From Amoebophrya sp. A120 (lineage: Eukaryota; Protista; Dinoflagellata), in NCBI GenBank assembly GCA_905178155.1, contig CAJINV010000011.1:2101503-2165502 (forward strand): a stretch of 64,000 nt of DNA, in the 5' to 3' direction. The position numbers were made by a program, and so were the translations under genes. Numbering within the stretch: position 1 is the stretch's first letter; every line of letters starts with the position of its first letter. The notes below the pieces were generated by a model that saw only the letters and a list, made by a program, of their open reading frames with translations, was not told where the DNA came from and searched no databases. Of the stretch, positions 11,400 to 23,575 are shown piece after piece.

Positions 11400-12638
11400 T
11401 CACCACGAGGCCGTGCCGGTGCCCGTGTGCTCGCTGCCTGGCTTCATCCAGGTAGGGTGTTCCCAGAAGGTCTTCAGCTTGTGTGGCGGCTCGATGGTGA
11501 CTTTGCTGTCGCTGCCGACGGTAGCGAACTGGACCTCCATCGAGGCTTTGCAGTCCCGGTAGAAGAGCAGCTCCAGGCACTCGGTCGCCACCTTCTTCGC
11601 CGCCTCCAGGGTCAGGGTCTTGTATTTGCCGTATTCGCAGTGTTTCCGCAGGATCGGAATGGCCAGGTGGAGCCCGAACCCCGTCGCGATGAAGTCCTCT
11701 TCAAACGCCGTGCCCTGCAGGTCCACGTACGCCAAATGTGGCTCGCCGTGCTTCACTCCGCCGATGACCAGCTGTATAGTAGTATAAATGCATTACAAAT
11801 TTCCTCAGCATGAGAAATAAAATTTGTAATGCTGGTTTCCCTTTAAACAAAGATTTGTAATGCATAACGTGCAATACTAGTTCTAGTACCTGATTCCAGA
11901 GCGGTTTCACCTTACTCCTTCGGTTGTAGAGAACGCGACCCAAAAAGCTCGCCACTTGCTTCGGCCCCATTCGGCTGCCGTCTGTTGGAATTTAACGAAT
12001 TACAATTTTGAACTCGGAATAAAGTAAACGGAAATACGTCGGCTATTTGAATCAGATACAGCTGCACATTTCAAAAAAAGTTCTTATTGCGACCGTCGCA
12101 TGCTTGACGGTCAGTGGAAACCACGTCGAGCGCTATTATATTTGGAATTTGTAATGCTGATTTCGTTAAGGAGCAAGATTTGTCATGCTTGATTCCCTAT
12201 ATACCTTGCTCGATCCAGTCCTCTTCGTCTACGTCGCCCATGAGGTCTTTTATGTATTGGAAGTCGCTCAACTCGCCGCTGCAGCCCACCAGCGTGCAGT
12301 CCCCTACCTGCTCTATCCTTTGCACGCCGGGAAACTTCAGACTACCGCCATACGCGCACATTCGGTCGCCAGCGATAAGCACGCCATCTGTGCAAAAATT
12401 TATTTTGTGGTCGGGACACACAATTTCGCCCGCATTTCATCAATGAGCGGTTTTTATGATTGGGAAACGAGATTTTGATTTTCGTTCTTTTGCAGCGGAG
12501 TTTGTAAAGGTATGGCCATGATCGCCGCGTAGTCAACGCAGGAACATAAAACAAATAGTTGCCCCCGCAAGCACCAGTTTTTATTGTACCTTTGTATTTT
12601 AGCCCGATTATGCTGGAACCGGTGGTAATGGGGCCCAT
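11400..12638 (-). CDS. PSMB4: 20S proteasome subunit beta type-4 (beta7), 4 exons, canonical introns
   Basis: GT-AG introns 12589-12388, 12204-11982, 11889-11772. Motifs PITTGSSIIGLKYKDGVLIAGD, SGELSDFQY, LYNRRSKVKPLWNQLVIGG, IATGFGLHLAIPILR, LFYRD. Confidence 0.95.
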
Positions 12639-13662
12639 CTTTGTCGCTTTCCGCAGAAATGGTTTCTGCGCTACTTCTGTCGCTTGTCAGGAATGTGATA
12701 ACGTGGACGTGCTAGCTTCCAGAGAGGAGAAAAAATTACTCTTTCCTTAGCGATATCTGTGGTCTAGTACTGAAACTTTCGTGATCGCTAAAGAAACATA
12801 AATGTCGCTTGTGTAGTTTCGTTTGTTTTTTATACTTTTTTCGGCCTGTGGGGATGAAACAAAGAAGAATATTAGTAACACCAAGACTAACAGCTATAAA
12901 CAGTTTTTGTGCTGAACGAATTGATTCATTGTACTCATGCTGTATATGCATACAGAAAGCTGGTCGCGCGATGGATCAAGTTGTATGGTACGTGTCAGGT
13001 TCCGGATCTTTGCGTGTATCTTCTAGGTAGATAAATGTCTCCTTTTTACTTTTGTCGTTCGTGGTGTAGGGAACAGCAGCTGAAGAAGCAAGAAAAGTCG
13101 GCGCAGCTGCCAGTGAGAGCATACACGGCAGCGCGTCGCCCGTATATTCGCAGCCTGCCCACGCAGGCACAGGAGGATATTCATACTGTCAAAGAATTTT
13201 ACTGCACTTGTAGTGAAGAAGAATGTTGAGTATCCCGCAGTAGAAGGTAGTGGCAGCACGAGAAGTATTCGTCTTGCTGACCAAATATCAAATACACCTA
13301 CTTCTTTCTGATCGCCTGCTCCTGATACTAGTGTACACTTTTATTTGAGCTTTTGCAAATCCGTATACAATCTTCGGTGAGTTGTTACCAACTGTATTCT
13401 CGTACACCAAAAAGTAGACGTTTGCAGAATTTTGAGTATAATTGCGCCAAGGCAAAGTACTAGACAAGGCTTTAAGAAGAATTCAGGCACTCCTACTAAT
13501 ACTACTATCTATCATTCGCTCATCTTTAGGTTTCTCTTTTTTTCTGAGTGAATTCTTAAATACGATTTTTGTTTTGATGTTCATTTTATTCCTGTGTGGA
13601 AGTAGACAGACTACGGGATAGTTGTAGTTTTCCACGTGGATCAAAGTTGTGCATCAAGCACT

Positions 13663-16600
13663 CTATAATTGGCCCATCCCCCCAACCGGGAGCACCTCTT
13701 CCTCGTCGTAAAGCAGCATCTGCAGCGCGTCGCCCGCTGTAAAGATGCGCGTCAAAACCCCTTCGCGGTGGATATGACCCGCTCAGACGTTACAATCTCA
13801 ACTGTCACAATAGAATCTGGAAATCTGTGATGCAAGAAGTGCGTGATTTAGCCTACACCTATAGGATTGCGCATGACAAGTTTCGGAGTCCCAAACCCAC
13901 CTGAAATCCGGCAAAATTTGTATTGCGAAAAGCTCAATTCTTTCTGCGTTCCTCATGCTTTTCATGCAATACAAATTCCAGATTCTGTTGTAACGTTTGA
14001 GGTTGTAACGCTTGAGCAGGCCATAGTCGAGGAAATGGCAGGTTCCGCCGGTGTCGAACGCTACAACGGCATGCTGCTGATATGAAATGCAAAAATAAAT
14101 GTCTGGGTCTGGAAGGTCACAACTTGTGATGCTGTCTGTGGATTCAAAAAAAAACTGTGCATGACCAGCAAGAGGGGTCGGGTTTGTCCTACGTGGAGAG
14201 CGCATTTCTCATGCGGTAGAGGTATCACAAAGCCCTCTAAAGATCTGTGATGCTACGGCATGCATCACAGACATCATGACTCATGGAAAATATGCATGAC
14301 AAGTCTAGAAATCTTCCAGACCCAGACATTTTTGCATTTGATAGCTGAAATCTTATTACGATCATGTCTAAAGTGATATCTGAAGACGCGGAACAGAATT
14401 GAATTCTGTTCCGCGTCTTCCGCGCCACCGAACAAGTAACCTTCATTTTGGTATAACTATAATTTTACTAACACAACCCTCTACCGTCGGTGGGTAATGA
14501 CGTCTTGCATAGGCTCATCTTCGCCTCTTGCACGACTGTCAGACAAATCCTCTAGAAACTTGACGCAAGATTTCATCGAAACGCATCGGATACAGTTGCA
14601 GTGCGTCTTTCAGGGAGGTGACGGGGCGGTAGGACCAGCTGGTTCCCGGCATCCGCGAAGTCAGCAGGTCTCCGGTCGTCGAGGGGCCGCGGGCCGCGAC
14701 GAGAACCCCCGCCGGCATGGCGACCGGTGGATTATTTTGTTCAAAGTTTGATGTTCCTCCCGCCGCCGCGCCGAGCGTGCTGGGATCGCCCCCGAGAAGA
14801 ACCGCCTGCTGCTCGAGGGGGGTGAGCTGATGTGGGGGCTGGTTGATGTTGTTCGGCATGGTATTTCTATTTTGTTGCACGGCGGCGACAACTGCGGCTG
14901 CGCTGCCGTTCAGCTGCCCGGGCTGATGTTGCTCAGATTTATTGCCGAAGGAAGGATCTTGCGAAGAAGAAGACGATGCACCAGCTCCTGGTGTTGACAA
15001 TGTTGTTCCAGCACCACCGGCGTTGTAGTTACTGTTCCTTTCTGGAATAGTACCCCCGCCTCCCTGCGGGAAGTAGCCCAGCGTGAGGGGCGGACGCCCG
15101 CCGGGCGGGTTCACCACGGGCGGGACGGGGATGCGGCACTCGGCGGACTTGTATTGCACCATACTCCACGACAACAGCTCAATTTGACGAAAGACCTCGC
15201 CCACGGATTGCTCCATGTCGATGCGCAACCGGTGCTCTGGCAACAGCAAACCGTCGAGCGCCATCTGGAAACAGACGTCGAAGTACTGCAGCACCTGTAT
15301 CAAAAGGAAAAATCCCCCCACCCCATATCAAATGGGAAATCTGTGATGCAGGATTTGCGTACAGAAATGCGCGCTGTCTTGCAATACCGCATCGCAGCCA
15401 GATCCGCAGCCTAGGGAGGGACGTTTTGGTCTAGTTGCTTAGCATTACGAACGGCTGCCCTCTAGGCCCAACAGCATGCTAAACCGCTCCCATGATGGCA
15501 GGGAAGCCTCTGCATTTGTCTTCTTGCAAGACAGACATGATTTGTGGTCTCAAATCAGCAAGACAAATTTTCGAAAGCATGCCTTCTCGATATGGGGAGG
15601 GGGGATTTTTCCTCTCAATAACCTGCCGCCGCGAAATGGAGCCCAGCATCACCTCCGTCTGCCGGTCGATGATGGGAATGGACGAGTAGTGCTCCTCGTA
15701 GAAAAAGGTCATCAGGTGGCGAAAGGGCGTGCTGTCGCGGATTACGGTGTAGGTCGCAGACGACTGCAGGCTTTTGTCCTCGAGATGAAGAGTATTACCA
15801 CTAGAGGGACTGCTGCCACTGTTGGGGAGTGGTGCCGCTTGTTTCATCGGGCTGCTCGTGGAGGAGGACTTGTTGCCCGGATTCGTAGCTGCACTTCCAC
15901 TTCCGCCCCCGGGCATGAGCTCCTCTTTACTGGTGGACGCCGCAGTGGTCGTCTGATGAATTTTCAGAATTTATTGCTGCACGGACTTCAATAAAACGAA
16001 TCCGCTCGCTCATCGCGCCTGTAGTTGTGCCGCCTGTGAACGACCATAACTTGCGTCTAGAAAATCTAAAAATAGTACCGTGAAGAATTGTCGTGAAATA
16101 GACCCACAAATAAACCAAATACCGTCTCCGCCGTTTCCTCCGTGGCCGTGGGACTGGTGGTCTCGCTGTCCTTTTCGATTTTGTATTACAGTGAAAAACG
16201 CCCCCACCCCGAAAGTTGCAATAATTCGTGACGCGAAGCTTCCAAATGAAAACCGTTTGTCATGCATAAAAGGAGTCTGAATCTTTCTCATGCAGAGTCT
16301 AGTCGCATACAGCGGCGCTTGCATACAGCATCGCTTGCATGACAAGCGCCGCTCTTGCTGGGATCTTTTGCAACACAGTTTTTTGCTATTCACGATTGGA
16401 AATCTCTGATGCTGACACATGCAAGCGGGCGAGTGCTTCAATTGGAAAGGTTTGCAATACAAATGCTCCCAAGTTCTGCAGTGGGGGCATTTTTCCTCAC
16501 AATATTTTGTCCTGATTATTCCCTAACTCCACGACCCCCGAGGAACCGATCCCCAGCTCGGCCGACGCAGCACCAGCCTCCTTTTGCACAACATGCTGGT

Positions 16601-19600
16601 GCGCCGCCGGTCCGCTCGAGCTGGTCGCCCCGCCCGCCTGTTGCTGCTGCTGGCCCGCGAGGGTACTAGAGGACGCGCGCGGCGCTGCGGTGTGCTTAGC
16701 CGTTCCACTTCCCCCCTCGCTGTCCTTCACGACTTGCGTGCGCCAGTGGCAGCCGGGAACCACACTCGTCTTTGGCGCTGTGGTGTCGTACAGGATTTTC
16801 GCGTTCTCCGGAACATTTTTGGCGTTGTTGTCCACAAACCCGGGAGCAGGTGCTGTTTTGCTGCTCGTCGCGGCCTCGCCGTACAAACTAGCCGAGGTGT
16901 TGCGCGAAATGCCGTCCAAACTGGGGTCGGGCACCACCTTTGCTGCGGGCGTGCTGGTAGCGGTGGACGTGCTGGCGAGCTGCGCCTGAGAGGACGCGTG
17001 CGGGTATGCCACGACGAGAGATTGAAGGATTTTTAAAATCTATAACACGTTTTGATAGACATCATAGATGCAGCTACAATTTTTCGTTAAAAGCTTAGGT
17101 CCTTATCCTGTTGTGCTTACATGATCCCCCCGATTCAGATTTCCGGCCGGCGTATCGTACGAAAAAAGTGTGTCACTGTGATGATTTTGGAGGACCCGCG
17201 TGACAAGGACATCCTTCACAGATGCGTGCAGGTAACCAACCGGGTTGGGAAAACATAGAAGATAGTATCCGCTCTTGCATTTCTAGTTGTGTGCTCTTGC
17301 ATATAATTTTACTCAACTCGAGTATGACTTTCGTCCAGTGACACACATCGCTTTTTTCTCTTGCGATACTGGTCGCCGCCGCTTTCCTCCCCGACGTAGC
17401 GGTAGTGGAGCGTCTATCCCGTGTAAAAACATCCCCATCCCAGAGCTGTCATGCAATTCTGCATGCCAAAAAAGTTTCTCATGCGGAGCCCTATGAGAAG
17501 CATTTTCTGCTCGTGTTTTGGTATTTGTGATGCTAGGATCAGCATGCTGTGCTAGATCTGCGATGCTTCTGAGCTAGCCAAACAGAACCACACTACGAGG
17601 ACAAACTTATCATGCCAAACAACCAAAGCTGTGTGATTTGTCTAGCAGATTTCCCATCTCGACTCTGGTGTGGGGACGTTTCTGCTCCGGATAGTGTCTT
17701 GCAAAACCTCGCTTTGACGGCGATCTCGCACAGGGGCTCCAGGCTCGCGTCGCGCACGTGGATCACGATGAAGGCCAAGATTTGCCGCAGCGTCACGTAG
17801 AACTGCACTGCCGCCGTGTATGCACTGCAAATATCTATGTCTGGGTCTGGAAGGTTGTACTGCTAGCTTTCCATACCTAGGAATTCTGTATTGCATAACC
17901 AACAAAAGTCGCAGCCTCTTTTGTGCAGGTAAAAACGCAGCTGCTCACGCGGATTGCCTATGACAAAGCGTTCTGGAAAGTTGTCATGCTGGCTTGCATT
18001 CAGAACTGTTTCTATTATCCACATTTTAGCATCACAAGTTTCCAGACCCAGACATATTTGCATTTGATACCGTGGCCGCGTTGACGACGGGGAGTGCGTT
18101 CAGCCGGGGGTACTTGAGTAGCAGCTCGACCGCGCGCAGCACCGTGGCCTCCCGGTCGTCCACGTCAAGCATCGGGCGCATGGTGCCCCGCGCCTTGTAA
18201 ACCAGCAGGTTCTTGCGGCTCTGCGAAGACAAGCTTGCGGAGCTGACACTACTTTTCATCATTTTCGCGTGACCACCGAGAGTGGTTTTGTTGCCGTGGT
18301 CTGCTCCGATTTTTGACGACGCCGCAGAAGTGCTACCGTTCAACTGCTGCGGAAAAGAAGAAGTTCCGGAGGTCGTACAACTGTTGTTGCCGCTCCAAAG
18401 GTACTCGTCTTCGTCGATCACCTTCAGCGGGTCCCGGTCGGGTTCGGCGAGGACGTAACTAGGAAGTAGTAAACCCGACGTACCTCCACCCGCACTGTCC
18501 TTGCTATTTTGCTTCGACAAGCTCGCCGGCGTTCCGCTTTTGCTGTGGCCGCGGATGCTGGAGCTGGCGGTCGATCCATTCTTGTTGTTCGCCGCGCCAC
18601 TTCTCATAGGTCCGGAGGGTGACGAGGTGGAGCTTTGCTTCCGTGCCTTCCGGTTCGCCGCGCGACTGTTTCGCAGCGCGTGCAGGTGGGTCGTGGTCAA
18701 ATAGGGCCGCTCGTCAAACTCCCGCATGTAGTACGCCAATTCGCCGAAAGTCAACGGGTGCTGCGCTTTCACTTCACTCGCGTCCTCTACCACGGTCAGG
18801 GACGTTCCGTTCGGGCTGATTTTTTTTTTTAAAACGGACTTTTCTTGTTGAGGGTGAAAAAGAAAAAGTTTCTCGTATGAAGTAGAACAATCAATTTTAT
18901 CCACACTACAAGGAGGCAGGTCGAAGTTCATCAATGCTCTGTGATTCTGCTTTCATCATTGCAGCAGTACGATGACTGGAATACTAGCAGCTAAATGCTA
19001 CAACCAGAATCTGCTTGAAGCGCACTTCTAGTAGTACTAAAATACCCGTCTAACTCGGTCCGCTGCAGGCCGTCTTTCCCGGGATACAACCCCGCTCCTG
19101 AGGTTGAATATGGAAACGACCAATTGGCCTTCGTACTAGTATTCCCAAAAAGTTTATGTAGCTTGTGTTCTTCGGGATTGAGCTCTTCGCAACTTTCATC
19201 ACGTACGTCGTACACATCAGTGTTGTAACAAGCCACCACAAATATTAAATTCGTGTTTTTATGCAGAAGAAGAACTTCCGGGTAGTTGTACAGCCTAGAT
19301 CAATGGATCATGCCACTGGCTTTAATTGGGCATACTACTGTACATACCGGAGTTCTTTCAACATTGGATATCAAGATGTCTTGGTTGGATATATACGCCA
19401 CCTCCGAAAGCACGTCACTTGGCAGATACAAATTTGGCGTCCCGAGCCCGTATTGCTGGTGGTAGGCAGCCTGCGGTGGTGGGTTCCAGTGAAGAGTCTA
19501 CTTGAAATAAATCATAAAACCTGAAACAAAGTTAAGTAGTTGTTTAGGCGCAGTCAAAGGCAAAAAACTGGAGCTGTATCTAGCCTAAACTTGTACTGCA

Positions 19601-20148
19601 TAAATCCCAGTTCACAACACGTGAATCAAAAATACAACTCTTTCCGCCTGCTGGTCTGCTCCTCGCGACATGCCACGGGTATCATGATGAAAACTTTTTT
19701 GTTTCTTTTCCATTTTCGAAGTACTTTAGTAATTCCACCCCGTGCAGCTACTGATATTCCCTTTTCTACTAGCTCCGTGACTTTTGCTGTAGAACAAACT
19801 CGGGGTGCGAGCGAAAAATTTGGATCGATTCTGTAGGAGAAAACCTGCAAGCCCTGAAATACAACATAGGGCTGCATTAGTTCCGTCCTACAGGTAGCGA
19901 TGATGTACTGACAAGAACATCTAACCTACCATCAAGGGAAAAGTAAACATTGCCTCTGCGTTCTGCCGGTAGCTGTCCGGCGGAGTCCAGGCGGAGTTAT
20001 GATGGTGGTCGAATTCCAAAACAGCGTTTAGCATGGTGTGAAACGGCACGTGCTCGTCAATGACCGCAACCGTGCTGCGCTCCTGGCTCAGCTGCCGCAC
20101 GTGGGTTTGCTCCCTGAGAAAGAGGATGATAACGTTCTCGGAATTCAT
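13663..20148 (-). CDS. Multi-exon CBS-domain protein (AMPK gamma/SNF4-like); 5' exons uncertain
   Basis: CBS-like segments: STVAVIDEHVPFHTMLNAVL; LRAVELLLKYPRLNALPVVN..FYVTLRQIL; FYEEHYSSIPIIDRQTEVMLGSISRRQVL; FLDREGVLTRIFTAGDALQML. Stop TAG at 13663-13665. Six introners plus canonical introns; some junctions and the start are unresolved. Confidence 0.75.
13773..14025. mobile_element. Introner, family F5
   Basis: TATGACCCGCTCAGACGTTACAATCTC ... GAGGTTGTAACGCTTGAGCAGGCCATA; TSD GTGGA/GTCGA. Close copy of 45427-45679. Confidence 0.95.
14081..14343. mobile_element. Introner, family F1
   Basis: TATGAAATGCAAAAATAAATGTCTGGGTCTGGAAG ... CTTCCAGACCCAGACATTTTTGCATTTGATA; perfect TSD GCTGA. Confidence 0.95.
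15298..15620. mobile_element. Introner, family F3
   Basis: TATCAAAAGGAAAAATCCCCC ... GGGGGATTTTTCCTCTCAATA; perfect TSD ACCTG. Confidence 0.95.
16184..16504. mobile_element. Introner with F2/F3-intermediate ends
   Basis: TATTACAGTGAAAAACGCCCCCAC ... GTGGGGGCATTTTTCCTCACAATA; perfect TSD TTTTG. Removal restores QDKIEK. Confidence 0.93.
17415..17693. mobile_element. Introner, family F2
   Basis: TATCCCGTGTAAAAACATCCCCA ... TGGGGACGTTTCTGCTCCGGATA; TSD GCGTC/GTGTC. Confidence 0.93.
17819..18069. mobile_element. Introner, family F1
   Basis: TATGCACTGCAAATATCTATGTCTGGGTCTGGAA ... TTCCAGACCCAGACATATTTGCATTTGATA; perfect TSD CCGTG. Confidence 0.95.
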
Positions 20149-21781
20149 TTACGACACGCAACTTTCGCAAAACAAATATTCATTCGCAATATTGCGTGAA
20201 ACAGGGTGGCTTATGGGTATGACATGCACATCATGTAAGATTCTAGTATGCATTGGTAAAAACATGAAATCTGGTACAAAAAATCCCGCAGCTGCTTCCG
20301 GTACGGGCTGAATCTCGCATTGCCTCCCACGGTCGAGGACGACGCGGGAACGGACGGGCCTTCTTCGACCATCGTGGCTGTAATCGTAGGGAATATTAAA
20401 CCGCCGTTCTTCCCCTGCCCTTCCCGCAGCGAGACCAGACAAGATCCAGTTCGATCGCTCCTCGCGGCACAGGAGTTTTACTTATTCGGGGGCTTCAGGA
20501 GGTCCTGCGCCGAAGGCGAGGTGCCCGTCCCAAAGCGGACTGCGACCACCCGCGGCCACGGCAACTCGGACTCCGTGCCGTGCGCTCTAGTACTGTGGTC
20601 CCTGAAATAACAAGTACTTTTACCGTCCGACGTTTGAAAGAATCCAGACTCGTGAACAACACTCGTTACCACCAGCCTCTGCTACCCACGCCAGCTGCCC
20701 GCAGACTGGGTTGTATCTGGATGACCGGCGAATGGGTGGGTTCTTGTACATGGCGGCGGAGCGGGCACCAACATAGTACTATATCTCTACCTTTGCTGCT
20801 TGCTCGACCATGCGAAATCGACGCCGGGTGGGTTTCGGCTTAAAACGAGGTGTACTTCTTACGAGGAAACCATCATCGAGCTGAACCCGCTAGTGCCGCA
20901 GCTCTCCTGGTTACTTACAAAAGTGCAGCCAAGTAGAGACAATCATACAAAGAACCTTCAGATTACTTTTTCGTCGTTGTGATTGACACGACGCCCCGCA
21001 CGGCTGAAAAAATCACGCCAAAACAAGGTGAAAAATGCGACGCAGTGGGTCGATCGTGTGTGCCCAGTGGAGCTAGGGAAATAGCCGTTTCGTGCTCGGC
21101 CGCGTGGAAAAGTTTTGGATCTCGTCTTGCAAGAAATACACAAAAAAGAGCAGGCGAATTATAGTCGAGTGACCAGAAGTGGGCGCACACAGATCTTTCG
21201 TCACTTTCCTCTGAGTCGCTGTGGGTTTTCGTCACAAGTGAGGATCTTCTTAGCAAAGGAAAGATAAAGAACAAGAACACCTCTGAGAAGTAGAGAAAAA
21301 TAATCTGCAACAGCTGAAAGTGCCTCGACGGCGTTGCAAGCTGCGTCTAAGATTGCAAAAATGCGGGTCGTTGTACTCAAACGAAAAACAGAAAACATCG
21401 AAGGGAAAATTGAAATTTCTGACTGCAGAAAAGAAGTGCTGGCTCCTCGACGAGAGTGGGGAAACTAAGTACTACTGCCGATGAAATAGGGTACAGCGGA
21501 AACCACGCCTGTTGTGTGAACTACTTCTCGTCCTGGGAACTCAGAAGAACAAGAATGCAGCATACTACCAAACACAAAATCGAGTTCGCAAAATTTGGCA
21601 CCAAAAACTAACTTTCAAAAATCCCGATCGCGCGCCGGTGCGGAAATATCATACATATCAACTTCAAACCTCCAAGACCAACTGCAAAGGAAAGCCCAGC
21701 TGAAAGAGGAAAATGAACCGCAACAAAAAATAATTTTCATATAGTGAACAACAACAACAGGAGATGTTAAAATTTCTTTCC

Positions 21782-23575
21782 CTAATCCACTTCCACATCC
21801 TCCGGCAAGTCCACTTGCATCTCCCACCGCCCCCCGAAGGAACTCTGTTTTTCGGGCACTTTCTGCAGCCAGCCTAGGCGGATGTTCTCTGGCTTTACCT
21901 TGACCGGCTCCGCCTCGCCCTGGAACTTTACCTCCCACCGCTCGAAAAAACCCTCCTTGTTCTCCTTCCGGCTGGCAAAAATCCAGCCTCGCTTGTCGCC
22001 CGCGCCCCGGTGCACGAGCAGGCCGCGCTTGTTGTTAAGCCGCTGCGCTTTCTCCGACTGCAGGCCGGACGCGGTGACCCGGTTTTTCACGAGCCGCTGG
22101 CAGGCGCACATCACCATGGAGAGCACTTCCAGACAGTTGGCGTAGATCTGCCCGAAGTCCGTTCTCATGTCCATGTCTCGGCTCAGCGTCTGCATGGTTC
22201 CGTGCTTGTGCTCCGCCGTTTTAGTGCACCGCTTCAGGCAGGAAAAGCAGGGCCAGTCGAGGATTTGCGCGTCTTGGATTTTCTTCCACTCCGCCACATC
22301 GAAAAACAACTCAAACCCGGTCGGGCCGTCCGCTACCGGCTTCTGGAACTGGCTGAAGGAGAGCGTTTTCGTCTTTTCGTCGTAGTTCATCGACAGAATT
22401 TCGCCCCCGCTGACCGGGGACAGTTTCAGCACGCCCTTGGGCAAAACGCGGTAGGAAACGGGCACGTCGTGCGCCTTTGTTTCCGATTCCTTCACGCTCA
22501 CGTACTCAAACACGCCCCAGCTCGGGCCGTTCAGGTCGATGTGCACCGTCTCCCCGGTCTCCAGCTCGGCGACGCACCAGTGGTGCCGCACCACGCTATC
22601 CTCGTCCTTCAGCCCGAGTTTCTGTGCCTCCAGCCGGTGCGCGCGCTCCTGCGCGACGTTCCGCGGCTGGCGAAATTCTATACCCGGGAAAAAGGCCTTT
22701 TGCTCGTCCGGGAGGGCGCGAATCAGGTTCAGCGACTTGTGGGTGGGGAGCAGCGGGATAACCGTCTTCTTCTCGTCCTCAAACTGAATCACGGCGTGTT
22801 TCGACTTCTCCAAAAACGGGTTGCCTGCGGTCTCCACGTCGATCCCGGCGTTCGCCACCCCGAAGTTGGTCACCTTCTTCCCCTCGTGCGTCAACCCCAC
22901 GCCCATCTCCGCGAGCCGGTGCAGCATGACGAGCAACGTGCCCTGCATGGTCACGCTGGTCCGCGTCTTCGTCAGCATCCAAAATTCGTCGCGCTGTTCC
23001 GTGGCGGACTGCTTGTTCCCCGGCTGAAGATGTGCCGGCTCCTGCTCGAAAAATTCGTCTGGGTATCCTGAGTAAAAATGTCCCCACACCATAGTCAAGA
23101 TGGGGAATCGGCTAGACAAATCCACAAGTTTTGGCTGTTTTGCATCACAAATTCGGACTCGTAGTGTAGTGCTGTTTGAGCTAGCTCAGCAGCGTCACAG
23201 ACCTAGCATACCATGATGATTGGAGCATGACAAATTGCAAAACACGACTAGAAACTGCTTCTCATGAGGCTCCGCATGAGAAACATTTTCAGCATGCAGA
23301 TTTGCATTACAACTATGGGGTGGGGACGTTTTCAAATAGGATACTGGGTTCGGCGGAATTAACGCCGTGGTCTTGGCGGGTTGGAACCGGGAAGGGCCGA
23401 TCTTCTTGTACCGCAAGTGCGAGGTCATCGGGAGGCGGTTCATCGCGGCCGCCACGTTCGTGATCTCCAACCGCAGCGGGTCCGTGGACAGGGGCGCGCC
23501 GTCCGGCCCAAACCCGAGCGCGTACACCAGCGCCTCGTTGATCTCGTCCATCCGCATCAGCACCGGATCCAGCAT
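21782..23575 (-). CDS. Hypothetical ~500-aa protein, 2 exons split by 1 introner
   Basis: Exons 23575-23344 and 23063-21782 join as LIPPNPDEFFEQ. Strong GC3 bias. The C-terminal V-ASGLQSEKAQRLNNKRG...RWEV...VKVKPENI segment may be an SH3-like fold (inference). Confidence 0.8.
23064..23343. mobile_element. Introner, family F2
   Basis: Perfect TSD CTGGG. Near reverse-complement copy of 55251-55530; both are 280 bp. Confidence 0.96.
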
